Assembly: GCA_002256025.1 (NCBI GenBank)
Contig: NKIB01012640.1
Coordinates: 1 to 64,000 of the forward strand
From: Asterionella formosa
Lineage: Eukaryota
Reading direction: 5' to 3'
Length of the DNA stretch: 64,000 nucleotides
Part shown: positions 13,570-24,798 of the stretch, piece by piece
Layout of the letters: every line of letters starts with the position of its first letter
Position numbering within the stretch: the stretch's first letter is position 1
Program-made: the position numbers and the translations under genes
The notes under the pieces: generated by a model
Databases searched by the model: none
The model's input: the letters and a program-made list of their open reading frames with translations, nothing else
Told to the model about the DNA's origin: nothing

Positions 13570-15100
13570 ATGCTGGGTGCACTAGTAAAAAGGTACATAA
13601 TAGTACTGCAACGAATTTTTGAGCATTGCCAAATGAGTATTTTGGCACACTGGTGGATGAATGTTAATAATTATTATGGATTTGTGTCACTTGCTCTTCT
13701 TGCTTGCTGCACAATCAATTCCAACAATCAAACCATGTCTGGGAGGCGAAAGACAAAGGCAAAAACAGACAAAGATGAAAGGGTCTGCCTGGTGAGATGA
13801 GAGGGTCAGTAAAAATGCCAATAATACCTGATGCCTGGGGCGATTGCAATGTGCTAAATTTATTGCTCCTTTGTTACTTGTTCTGGTGGATGGATTCTTT
13901 TATGGTGCGGATGACCTCCAAAGAATCATTCTGATTTGCTTACAAGAAAACAGTGGCTGACAGTAACAGTAACGACAATGAAGAATTTACCAAGTCCAAG
14001 TGCAGCCATTCTGTGCTTACAGCTGGCCTGAAGTATGTTGACAACTTAGAGAATCCACCATCAGTTTAAAAAGAAGTATTGTGGCTGGTCGATACAAGAA
14101 TTGGAACTTTTCCCCTAGAAACATCAAATTACTGTTAGTAGCAGAATTGAACAACACAGGAGTCCATGATGCTGAGATTATGCACACTCCCAAGATCAGC
14201 ACTGTATGATCGAAAAAATGTATGCAGACTGCCAAGCCCAACCCCAATAGAAACAGTACTGCGGAGAGCGGCAACCAAACTAACCTGCATGGATTCATTT
14301 GATGGGCTTATTTGAAAAGCGCAAGTAATGAAGACCAACACTGCAATGTACTGCAGAGAATATGGTTCGATCCCATGACAAAATTTGTCAGTCACCAACA
14401 CTGGAATAAGCTAGATAGGAATTTGGAGCCATAATCATTCCTTGATAAGTCTACAAGTAGGGACCAAATCTCACTACTATACTTACAATGGAACATGCAT
14501 TACATGGTCTGTACTTTCTGATGCAGTAGGTGATGGAGTAAAGAATAAGATTGCAAAGAGGAGTTTCAATATGTTGGAGGGCAATTTGGTGATTACGGTA
14601 TGTTCCACTCATGCTAAGCAATTGTAAAAGCATGCAATCTTGTTGTGCCTGGGGAATGGCTTAGTTGCTTAGCACACCTTCTGAGGTGGCGGATTCGATT
14701 CCTGCATTCATGGGCTAAGACATGATGATACCAAATAAATATAGTATCCAACAGTGTAGCACGGATGACAATATGCCACATATCTTCTGGATTAGTCACA
14801 AAATATATTAAATTTATGTCATCAAAATGATAGAAGGAAAATTTAATGGATGATTTGCTGGTTTAGAATCAGTTGTATAATCAGAAGGATATTGAATAGT
14901 GTCTGTTAAAACTGGATGATTGCGAAAGCAAGCACTTAGGCGAGGTTCATCATCTAATTCAATTGAGAATATAGAATCAGATGTTAATGCTGAGGTTTTT
15001 GAGCCCACTTCATCACCCACCTCAAGCCTCAGGAGACTGGAGATAGAATCTGCAATAGCATGATCAGTTCCCTTTACATAATGAAAAGTAGGATGTTATT
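13570..15100 (+). pseudogene. Decayed ORF remnant, probably a transposase of unidentified family
   Basis: Fragmented + strand coding-like pieces (e.g. ...GDGVKNKIAKRSFNMLEGN) in a TG/CA-rich block that also carries short tandem duplications at ~15630-15750 and ~16298-16410. Confidence 0.3.
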
Positions 15101-18100
15101 CTTCAATATAACGACGCCATTTTAAAACACGTTGAGTGTGTTATGTGCTGTAAATAAGATTACGATGATTAGTAGCGTAAAATGATAAAGAATAGCTACC
15201 AAAAACATGGAAAGAAATTCCTTCAAAGTTCCACATCTGAAAATAGTTCCTTTTTAATGGTTGTAGCATTCGTTTGGGCATCCGAAATTTTACGAGAATA
15301 ATAGCCACGCAAGAGCTTATTTTGCATGATAAATGAGCCTAATTGATAATAAAAGAGCATCATAATATAATGAAAAGAAATGCATAGACACTGTCATCTC
15401 CATACATGATATGGTATGATCCAAAAATCAAAAGTCAAATCAACATGACATATAAAATCTCATCCCAGCCAGTATCGCATCAAATGTGAACAAGCCATCA
15501 AAGCATCAAAGGCCTGGCACTTTTGCTGTTGTGTACAAGCTGAATGATTAACATCGGGAATATTTATTTTCATATGATATAAAATTGACATGTGAAGAAT
15601 AAGTTCCTGTGATGATATCTGTAAATTCTGAAGTTTCCTGAGACAGTGAAATACCCCAAGGTAGCTATAACCCGTTCATGTATTATAGATATAGATCTAC
15701 CAAGTTTCTCATGACAGTGAAATACTCTAAGGTATAATCCTTTCATGAATTAGAAGTAGGGATTCACCACTATCAATTGATGTTAATATATCCTTAGAAG
15801 AAAGAAGAAACCGGAATTGGTCCCTGATATGCATGAAAGAAATTATGTCCATCTATGCAGTTATAAATATGCTACATTTGAACAGTAGCGGTACCCAAAT
15901 CAGAATAATCCTGCAGATAACAAATATTGACAACTCCATAGATTTGTAGAATGCATGCAAGAGGTACATGAACAGTGTTAGCAGTGTCAGTAAGATAGCT
16001 CGCTCCCCGTCGAATTTTAAAGCAGGAGGAAAAGGAAAAAAGGGTTAGAAGTGTCAGTGCACCTGCTCTGCAAAGGATATCGACGCAAGAGGAACAGGAA
16101 CAACGCTAATTGTGTCAGTATCGTAACTCCAAGGGCCTTATGTTAGAACACATTCTTGATTCAAAATTTCAAGGGCGACCAGCTGTGTGCATAGTAATTC
16201 GCATGCACTGCCATAGACACTTGGAGTAAACTTATCATGGAAAAGGTCTAACCAGATATCTCATGATAGCCGTCAGCAATATGAAGTCAGTTTTATTCAA
16301 AAATTGACACCAGTCACGCTTGATTTCTTGATGCATCACATGATTGCTTGTCAAAATTGATACCAGTCATGCTTGGTTTGCTTCTTGATGCATCACAGCA
16401 TGATTGCCTTTAATTTGACTATTTTTGAATTATAAATAAAATAAATAAGTAGACCTTACTTCTAAATTAGTATACCTAGCCAACTCAATTAGCTAAGATG
16501 ACATCAAATTAGGCAACAGGTGTAAGTCGAGTCCTGCAAGTTGTGGTCATTTTCCTGAAACAGACAACATGTCTCCGGACATGGACTTCTGTAATGTCAA
16601 CTAAAGAAAGTCTTCTTTTAATAGCACGATTCAACGAAATAAATAGCGCAGTTCTTCTAGTGGCAAAAACTAGAGAACACACAGCATATGACTATGACTC
16701 TCAGGAAACGCAAGGAAATTTCATGAAACTTAAGGAAATATCATCAAAGTTCAGGAAATGAGTGAAATTTCCTGAAGTCTCCAAATTTGGGCTTTTCTGG
16801 CCAAAGTGTAAAAACCACCTATCCTTCATTCTGGAATAAAAGGACACTACCGGTAATAGTTGTGATAATTTGAAATACCGGTGATGGTGTTACTTACTAT
16901 TATAAATATATAAAAATGTATCGTATATTCTTTAGTCTGCTGTATGTATAGCATTTAACACAGCTTGTGTGAGTCCCACTTGCTTGTCATGCGCTCCTCA
17001 GATGAGAGTATACGAACAATCTTAGTCTTTTACGGACCTACATATCCAGGCCATCCGCTTAGAACTATTTGATTCACAATCCCACATTTTGCAGAAATGA
17101 TCTCATTCGCATTGTCCATTGTTTTCTGCCACCCTTATGCCTCCGCTCAACTTTGTGAACCAGACATGCACATTCGCCCTAAACCCGGTAAGGCAGGTAA
17201 TCGAGCAAGGATCGCATTAGAAAAAAGCCAACTTGTCGGCCCACACACAGACCAACTCGCCATCCCACAAGAATTCCAACTCGATCGACACTTTATCTCC
17301 CACCTGCAGTTGTCAATCCAGCTCCAAGTACTGGTCCTAAGACATGCCCTTCCGCCATTTCTGATTTCTACCAGCAACAAGATGGTTCGAGCCCATTCGT
17401 TGTTGCCTGCAAAACGAACGACTGCTGCAACTTTCACCAGGATATAAAGCCGGGCATGAAAGTATGCTGCCTTTACCCACCTTGCCACTGCTGTGGATCC
17501 AAGAATTTGGGAGTGCATTCAGTTATGTGTTAACTCGTCTAGAGCTTTCCATGTTCCATTCCAATAAAATGGCCCATGTTGGTTCAAGTAGATTTGATTG
17601 ACAAGTAAAATAGAGCCACTACCACTCTATGAACTAATGCTAAAAATTCTGCCATTTCAGCAATTTTGCATCTGCAGCTCAAAAAGCTCTTCTTCACTAT
17701 ATAATACTGTACCAGGTACCAAAACTTGTGTCAAGAATATAGCATCAATGGCTATAATGAGTCACAAGGACTGTGGACTCAACTTTAGTCCAATGAGTCA
17801 AATGGTGCGTTCCCATGTCAAGAAGCTTACTAACGAGATTGATGTCTTAGATCAATCAGAAGAAGGTTTACGTCAACGAAAAGGGAACACGAAGAACAGG
17901 TTCTCGAAGTGTGATGAATGGGATTGAACCTTAGTTTTAGTTTAAGCTTATAATTAAGAAACAGTGAGAATTGACAGAGTAAGTTCAATAGCGAAAACTA
18001 GCATGATGGCTAGCAGCAGAAAGACGATAACAATACTTCCGCAAGTCGTACAACAGGTAAGACCTACGTAAGAGAAACCCGTGAGACGGGAAGGAGTACG

Positions 18101-18523
18101 AGACCTTTTAACAAACTTGTACACCCACCAGAATGAATTATTATCATCCATTATGTCGTATTGCTTTTAACTAAATAGTGGTAATTTCAAAAATCCTCGG
18201 TATTTATTAGGTATGTTGCAGCCGCAGCGCGAAGCAAAACCATTCACTCGTGCTAATTACTGTAAGTATGATACCGTATATTATTTACATATTGCTACTA
18301 TTATTTTTTCTCATATGATATTTCGTAGAAATTTTAATGGAAAAGATATCATGCCGGTAGGTATCTACCGGTATATACAGTAAACAGTAACTGCATCCAA
18401 AACCACATCGATAATGATTCGGTAAGTATAAGGGACTACCGGTAAGAGCATTAAGTGTTAACAATGAAAACGCATGGATGTTATCATGTGTAACGGAAGA
18501 TAGCCAATAACAATGCCTGCATT

Positions 18524-20188
18524 ATGCGTATTATCATCCCTTCTTCCATGAAAATACGTGTCGTTGGAGGTCTGTTAGCAGTATTCTCGATCGGAATTGC
18601 ATTCTATAACATAGTAGTGACGTTAGAGTCAAACCAATTCAGTGCTGCATTGGAGCCTCCTGCAGCAAATGCCGGATTCTTCGAACCCAATCATGGCACA
18701 CATTATTACAGTAGATACAATGAGATCAATCAAGAACGGAAGCAGGAGCAACATACCAAAGCAGCCGCAGAGCAAGAGTTGCCAGAATGGCGACGAGAAG
18801 ACTTTGTTTGGGATCAGTTGATAAAACGAGCCAGGTCGATGAATCAAGAGTGCAAAAATATTTCACATGATATGCAGAGGCCCCTTGAGGTGAATAAATA
18901 CACAAATGTATCGCTTTCGCCTTTCGGCGTCGCCACGGATGTCTCGGCAGATCCAGGAACTGTAGACTGGCCAGTTTGTTCCCTACCCCCTGAAAAATCA
19001 TGCAACGTCACAAAGTACTCTGTGATATTCATGAGCCACACCGTACATCGCTTGCAAGAAATGAGTGGTGGAATAAAAGGACTCATGAAGGGCAGCAGCG
19101 AAAGAATTCAAGAAATCATCCTAGTCTGGAACAACGAACGAACAGTACTCGCAGGAAACGCACTAGGCCAAATCTATCTTAACAACCACAACGACACTGC
19201 ACATCCGTTACGCATTTTTTTCAGTATAGAAGAGGGCCTGGGGAACAACTTGCTAAATCGATATCATCCTAAAGTGAATCCAGTTTCTGCAGCAATCCTC
19301 TATTATGACGACGATGGTCCATTTTGGTCGGCCTTTGCCATCGAATCCGGCTTCCAATTATGGCGAAGATCTAGTCAACAACAAGTTGGAGCGATGGCCA
19401 GAAATCTGGTTTTATATAAAAAGGATTTTCCCGCCGACATGCCCCCTCGATACTATGCTTTACCAAAAGAAATGCGAAATCGCATTCAACAGAAAAGAGA
19501 TGATGAGATGAAGGTGCACCTTAAACAAGTCTTGAACAGTTGGCATTCAGTAAATGCCTATGACGAAGTCGGGACAAAATCTTTTGTCCAGAAGATTGGA
19601 GAATCAGCGCGACATCCTGAGTTTACACCTCACTGTGGACCATCAGCTGGGCAATATTTGCTCTACAATTTTTATTCCTTTGCTCAGTTTGATGCTCATG
19701 TTGCCTTGCCAAGCGGAAGCTTCTTATCTCGGGAATACCTTTGCTGGCTATGGCACCCTCGCTTGAAGAAGATTCGTGAATTTGTCCTGGAGCACCCAAC
19801 ACACCCGGACGATATGTACACTAGCATCTTGGTCTCGCACCTTTCTGGCAAGTCGCCTCGGGTCTATCCTTTTCGACTCCGGTTCGGAACGCGGCGACGA
19901 CTTGTAGAGACGAGCAGTAAAAATGAAACTAGTACGTATGCAGGTTTATGGACATCTCAAAACTGGGGAATGATGAGGGAAGAAGCAATGAATACAATTG
20001 TGGAATACTTTGGCTCGATTGGTCCGGGATCTGTCGGGTGGTGCGCTGGTACTGAATTGTACATTGAGAAAGGAACCACTTGTCCAGACAATAAGAGACC
20101 ACATGCCGATACTATACCGTGGATGCACGAAGGAGGTCTCGGGTATGATGAGTGCCCAATTGACGAAGGCTATGCCAGAACCCAATAG
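18524..20188 (+). CDS. Type II membrane glycosyltransferase family 64 (exostosin C-terminal/EXTL2-like)
   Basis: N-terminal TM anchor; EIILVWN, NNLLNRY.P, ILYYDDD (DXD), F.LWR...VG..AR and LPSGSFLSREYL; single exon; start may be 18548. Confidence 0.8.
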   Translation: MRIIIPSSMKIRVVGGLLAVFSIGIAFYNIVVTLESNQFSAALEPPAANAGFFEPNHGTHYYSRYNEINQERKQEQHTKAAAEQELPEWRREDFVWDQLIKRARSMNQECKNISHDMQRPLEVNKYTNVSLSPFGVATDVSADPGTVDWPVCSLPPEKSCNVTKYSVIFMSHTVHRLQEMSGGIKGLMKGSSERIQEIILVWNNERTVLAGNALGQIYLNNHNDTAHPLRIFFSIEEGLGNNLLNRYHPKVNPVSAAILYYDDDGPFWSAFAIESGFQLWRRSSQQQVGAMARNLVLYKKDFPADMPPRYYALPKEMRNRIQQKRDDEMKVHLKQVLNSWHSVNAYDEVGTKSFVQKIGESARHPEFTPHCGPSAGQYLLYNFYSFAQFDAHVALPSGSFLSREYLCWLWHPRLKKIREFVLEHPTHPDDMYTSILVSHLSGKSPRVYPFRLRFGTRRRLVETSSKNETSTYAGLWTSQNWGMMREEAMNTIVEYFGSIGPGSVGWCAGTELYIEKGTTCPDNKRPHADTIPWMHEGGLGYDECPIDEGYARTQ

Positions 20189-20369
20189 CATCAAAGTCTT
20201 GTCGCCTTCTTCCTTTACCACTTGGAAAAAATATCGACCAGCAGAAGAATTATGCACACAAGTCGCAAACGAAACACTTATTTTTCTGGTTGGCACTCAA
20301 CACCTTGACTCCGATAAAATTGAAAAATATATTTCAAACAAACATGATTTATCGGTGGCTTCACCATAG

Positions 20370-20919
20370 TTAAGCCGGCTCAGTATTCTCTGATGACTGC
20401 CGATAATTCCCAACGATGCATCGTATCTGCTCACTGATATCTGCAAACGATGGCTTTCTGGTCGCATTAGAAATCGTCTCCGGTAATTCCGTCGTGATGA
20501 GAGTGAGCTTTGTTTCATCCCGTTTTCGCCCCTCTTGACTGTAATAATTTGCGAACTCCTTTTCTCGTTCAGCAGTAAGGTATTCGTCAAATTGTTGCTG
20601 AATCATGCCTTGAATTTCTTCGTCAAGTTGTTTCTGGATGTCGTCGTCGATTTGACGAAAATACGACTCCATATACTCGTCCATCTCTCTGTCGAAATCA
20701 TTGTCGAACGCATCATCATTCTCATTAGGCGAGTCCGCTTGTTCTGGAATCTTTTACACACAAAGTTCCACAGTCAGAAGAATAAATATAAATGCAACAG
20801 GTGGATGTTGAATCACTTCCACGAGAATCGTTTCTCAGACGATAGCGTTGGCCAAATGAACAAATCCCAAACGACGAACATACCTCCTCTTCTTGCATCA
20901 TCGTTGAGGATAACTGCAT
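20370..20919 (-). CDS. Small acidic hypothetical protein (138 aa), 2 exons: 20919-20884, 20750-20370
   Basis: MQLSSTMMQEEE|GTATGT...AAAG|IPEQADSPNENDDAFDNDFDREMDEYMESY; a phase-0 intron joins the two ORF pieces in frame. Confidence 0.65.
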
Positions 20920-21044
20920 GTAGTTTGGAATGGACGACAACGACCGGTAATAATAGAAATAGTGTAGGGTCGATCATCGATCATCGATCAGATCTGTTGT
21001 AAACAATATACCGGCAGTTCCATACAAATTAGTTACCAACTCTG

Positions 21045-21527
21045 AGTACCGGTAGAAGACATCCATCGAATCGACATACCGGTGCTACGACGGTGTCCCT
21101 AGGTACACTGCATCAACATGCTCCTTGAAGAGGCGCGCAATTTACCGGTATAGTACCTGGTACCAGGGTGTGCATGGTTTTATCTTATGTTCTGTTATCC
21201 TGGTACCAGGTACCTCGTACAGACATACATATGTACATAGGTTTAAAGAGGTACCGGTATTCCGATATCGTTTAAAAATCGGTATATGGAGATACCGAGG
21301 GTGTGGAAGTGTGTCGCGATAAAAAAAGCTTACTATGTACTGGTATGAAAGCATTCCTAAATTTCAAATTTTGGTCTTTACGCCAACTTGCTCTAGTACC
21401 AGTACCACGTACTGTACGGGAGTACTTGGTACCGTATTTAGCCAGTCTAGAAGCAAACCACCGGTACCAGTACCTGGTGCCTGGTACCTGGTACCTGGTA
21501 CCAGGACTAGCGGTACTGGTACCAGGG
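21045..21527. repeat. Dense TA-spacer array cluster in a divergent promoter
   Basis: e.g. 21461-21505 CCGG-TA-CCAG-TA-CCTGG-TG-CCTGG-TA-CCTGG-TA-CCTGG-TA-CCAGG, with many single units from ~21045. Confidence 0.9.
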
Positions 21528-21652
21528 GCACCATTCTTACGCATACGCATTATCCATGTCATACCGCCGGCTCAACTCCTTCCTCACCGTCGAGATGTAT
21601 TGGCATCACCTCAGCGAAGTGTGTTCTGAATATAACATTGTTAGATTTCAAG

Positions 21653-22939
21653 ATGACGAACGCCGATGATCTCCTCGTTCCATCCTACTCCTCCCCAGAG
21701 CGTAAATCTACACTCACAGTCGCCACATTCAATCTGGTAGCGACAATTGTGGGTGGCGGCGTGTTGTCGTTACCCCTCGCCTTCGAGAAATGCGGTATCC
21801 TCTTGGCATCGCTGCTCATGATACTCTCTGCTGTCATAACTGATCGATCTCTCTATCTCTTGTGCCTATCTGCTCGAATATCAGGGGTATCGTCCTATGG
21901 AGAAATTGGGAAAGAGGCATTTGGAGATGGTATGGAACGGGGGATCAGCGTGTTGATCTTTCTATTTTTGCTTTTTGTTCTCGTCGCATACATGGTGCTG
22001 GTAAAAGACATTTGGACACCACTTGTGGCAATGACAATAAGCGACGTTCACGGAGACCTAGTCTTGCTGTTTATAGTCTTACTTATGACTCCATTTTTGT
22101 TGCAGCGCACGCTTCACGCCCTGAGATTCAACTGTTATGTGGGCTTCACCAGTGTATCACTCCTTTGCCTAGCTCTTTGTCATCACGGAATCACGTCACC
22201 TCAATCGAATCTCAAAATATGGCCCACTCATATATCCGATGTGCTCTTTGCCTTTCCAATAATCACATTGAGCTTTCTCTCGCATTTTAACATCCTCCCG
22301 ATTCAGTCAGCCTTGGTGGAACCATCTCGATCACGCATCAATGGAACAATTCATGCTGCTGTTGGGTCTTGTTTTGTCCTCATGTACCTCTTTGGACTTT
22401 GTGGGTATTTATATGCAGGTGAAAAAACCGAGGGGAACATTTTGATCAATATTGCCAATGATACAACAGATTGGATGTTCTTCATTGGCAGAATTGGATG
22501 TGGAATTACCATTATGTTGGCCATGCCCATGATGTTGTTGCCATGTCGAGAAAGTCTGTTGGAAGTTCTGGATGCCCTATTTGTCCAAGTAATAAAAGTG
22601 ACGGAACGAACTCCATTGAATCACCGACTGATGATGCAAACCCCAACCATTGGGAACAGAAACCCGTATGTACATTATGGAACAACACTTGCCATTGTCA
22701 TTGTAACATACCTTGGAGCCGTGGTAGCACCCGGTGTTGCCCTTGTATGGAGTCTGTGTGGTTCTAGCATGGCATTTTTGATTTCGTTTATTTTGCCATC
22801 TGCATGTTATCTTGAAATTGGCAATGGAATGGATTCGGATTACAGAATTTTTTCTTCTGCATTGCTCATTATTGCTGTTGTTGGAGCAATTGCCTGCACC
22901 ATTCAAACATTATTTGGGATTGTATTTGGGTATTCTTAG
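21653..22939 (+). CDS. Amino acid transporter, AAAP/SLC38 (Aa_trans) family
   Basis: ATFNLVATIVGGGVLSLPLAF (TM1 signature), SYGEIGKEAFG, FPIITLSFLSHFNILPI and FILPSACYL; ~11 hydrophobic segments. True start is MTNADD at 21653. Confidence 0.9.
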   Translation: MTNADDLLVPSYSSPERKSTLTVATFNLVATIVGGGVLSLPLAFEKCGILLASLLMILSAVITDRSLYLLCLSARISGVSSYGEIGKEAFGDGMERGISVLIFLFLLFVLVAYMVLVKDIWTPLVAMTISDVHGDLVLLFIVLLMTPFLLQRTLHALRFNCYVGFTSVSLLCLALCHHGITSPQSNLKIWPTHISDVLFAFPIITLSFLSHFNILPIQSALVEPSRSRINGTIHAAVGSCFVLMYLFGLCGYLYAGEKTEGNILINIANDTTDWMFFIGRIGCGITIMLAMPMMLLPCRESLLEVLDALFVQVIKVTERTPLNHRLMMQTPTIGNRNPYVHYGTTLAIVIVTYLGAVVAPGVALVWSLCGSSMAFLISFILPSACYLEIGNGMDSDYRIFSSALLIIAVVGAIACTIQTLFGIVFGYS

Positions 22940-23759
22940 TTTTTGGCATATATGTATAGTATTGAAGCTGATATCTTCCATATTGACACCAAGAAGAATT
23001 CTTCCAACAGAAGGAATTTCCTTAACAAATACTTGATGATGACCTGTTCATCATGTTGGACTACCCCTGTTCCCATAAAAACTGAATTAATTTTTACAAG
23101 GATGGAATTTCGACCCTCCTTGCTTTGCTCTAATCTTCGCACCTAAAGATGACTTATATGGACAGGGGAAATGGACCACATTTTGGAACTATTGGTTTCA
23201 TTAAAAACAGGAAGCAGCAATCAAGGGTACAAGTAGTGCAACTCATCAGTGTTCTGGAAAGTTGCAGAATGAGGGGGACAGTAAGAACAAGATTATCTGA
23301 CCCATTTATGCATACACATCATGAAGAGCCAACAAAAGAGGTGTACAAATTCATGCTATTAATCCAATTTTTGTGTTTTGTTCTAAAATGATTCAAGTGA
23401 TTTGTGACATGAGCTCATTGTAAACTGGTACTGGTATAAAAAGATCCATTGTCCAGCATATCAGGGGTACTATTCTTTGAACAATGCTTTGGCTTGTCAG
23501 GAAATGCCCCTATTCATTGAGAATTCTGAGTAAGCTATCAATTTAAATTTTATAGTGAGCTGGTAAATATGTGTGTAAAGTGTCCAATCTAAAGTCCATT
23601 GGAAATTGCTAAAGAATTGGTATTTGCATATAACTTTGCAATGTCATCGATATGGCAAAAGATAGCCTAGTTCCCTATATGCTGTTAGTCTTCTAGAGTT
23701 CCTTTTGTACATGCCTACCTCTAACAGTTTCATTCCAAGCAAGCATGGATTGTAAGCAT

Positions 23760-24420
23760 GATCAACATACTTGATGACTACTAAATACATGAAGAATATA
23801 TATAAGGTTTGCACTCCATTCTCCACCTGCTTTGTTTATGTAGTCTCTTGGGTTCCAGGTGCTGGTGAGGCAGCCAACAAGCACTATGGAGGGAGAAACA
23901 CTTGGTACTTGGCTCAGCTGCAAGGCAGGCCTCAACAAAAGTGTGATCAAAAAGGTGCCCATACAACTGTCCTGAGATTTACAGCTTCTACCAGGGAACC
24001 AGCAATGTGCGCTATGACCTTCTCTGCCAAGGAACTGGAGTATGGTTGGGTGCAAGGGCTGCTGGATGTATTTGCAGACTGGGTGCTGGGGGAAGAAGAC
24101 AACCTGAAATCAAATACAGGGGGTGAGAGGAAATGATATTCACAGGGTCCTGTGTCTGAGTTCAAAAGAAAAATAACTACTGGCCATGGGCTGTTGCTCT
24201 GAAAGTGGGTCTATCACTGCAGATCTTGTTGTTGCTATGCTGAAGGTCATTGATAAAAATAAAGTGTTTTTTATTAATGGCATTGCTCCCTTGCTACTCC
24301 TTGATGGACAGGGCTCACATTTCGACTTGACTTTCTTGGAATATATAAACAATCCTGCTATCCCATGGAGTGTCCATTGCCAATGGAATCTGGTTGAATT
24401 GTTTGTCCAATCATAATCCC
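23760..24420 (+). mobile_element. Decayed pogo-like (DDE_1, IS630-Tc1-mariner) transposase, catalytic region
   Basis: GRPQQKC..K.AHTTVLRFTASTREPAMCAM and CSESGSITADL...PLLLLDGQGSHFDLTFLEYIN resemble the DDE_1 LLLDGHGSR motif; stops and frameshifts present. Confidence 0.75.
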
Positions 24421-24534
24421 CCACCTCTCGTGAACATGTGGAGCACCTGCAATGATTGAAATGAATACCACATTAGTGCTTAGTCGTACTAATCGATTGA
24501 ACATCCCTGTAGTTTAACCCATACCAGGACCATC

Positions 24535-24576
24535 TACCGGTACCAAGTAGCAGGTACCTGGTACCTGGTACCAGTA
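24535..24576. repeat. TA-spacer array upstream of the PPR-like gene
   Basis: TA-CCGG-TA-CCAAG-TA-GCAGG-TA-CCTGG-TA-CCTGG-TA-CCAG-TA. Confidence 0.88.
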
Positions 24577-24798
24577 CTAAAAATTGAGCTCGGTTGACGA
24601 CTGAGAAAACGTTCCGCCATCTTCTTCATCCAATCAAGGCCACATCATTAAAAAGAAATTGTGTCGACCACACAATCAGTGATCACCGAGTTTTAATTTT
24701 CCTTATACCGGTACCTATAACCAGCAGCAGCAGGCAGAGACTCACATTCATTCCACAAGCTGCATAACTTGAGTACCTGGCGGTCTAGCATAAAATTG

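Noticed and set aside
17050..17580. Coding-like minus-strand stretch
   Set aside because: All frames are interrupted and I recognise no domain; left unannotated.
21045..21527. TA-spacer arrays as CRISPR arrays or cloning (KpnI/AgeI linker) artefacts
   Set aside because: Units are 5-9 bp with no unique long spacers and no cas genes, in a eukaryote. They show natural decay (TG, CTTGG, CCAAG variants) and track gene starts, which argues against artefacts.
21335..21652. 106-aa N-terminal extension of the transporter ORF
   Set aside because: It is a translation of the promoter arrays (PVPVPGAWYLVPGT); homology starts after MTNADD at 21653.
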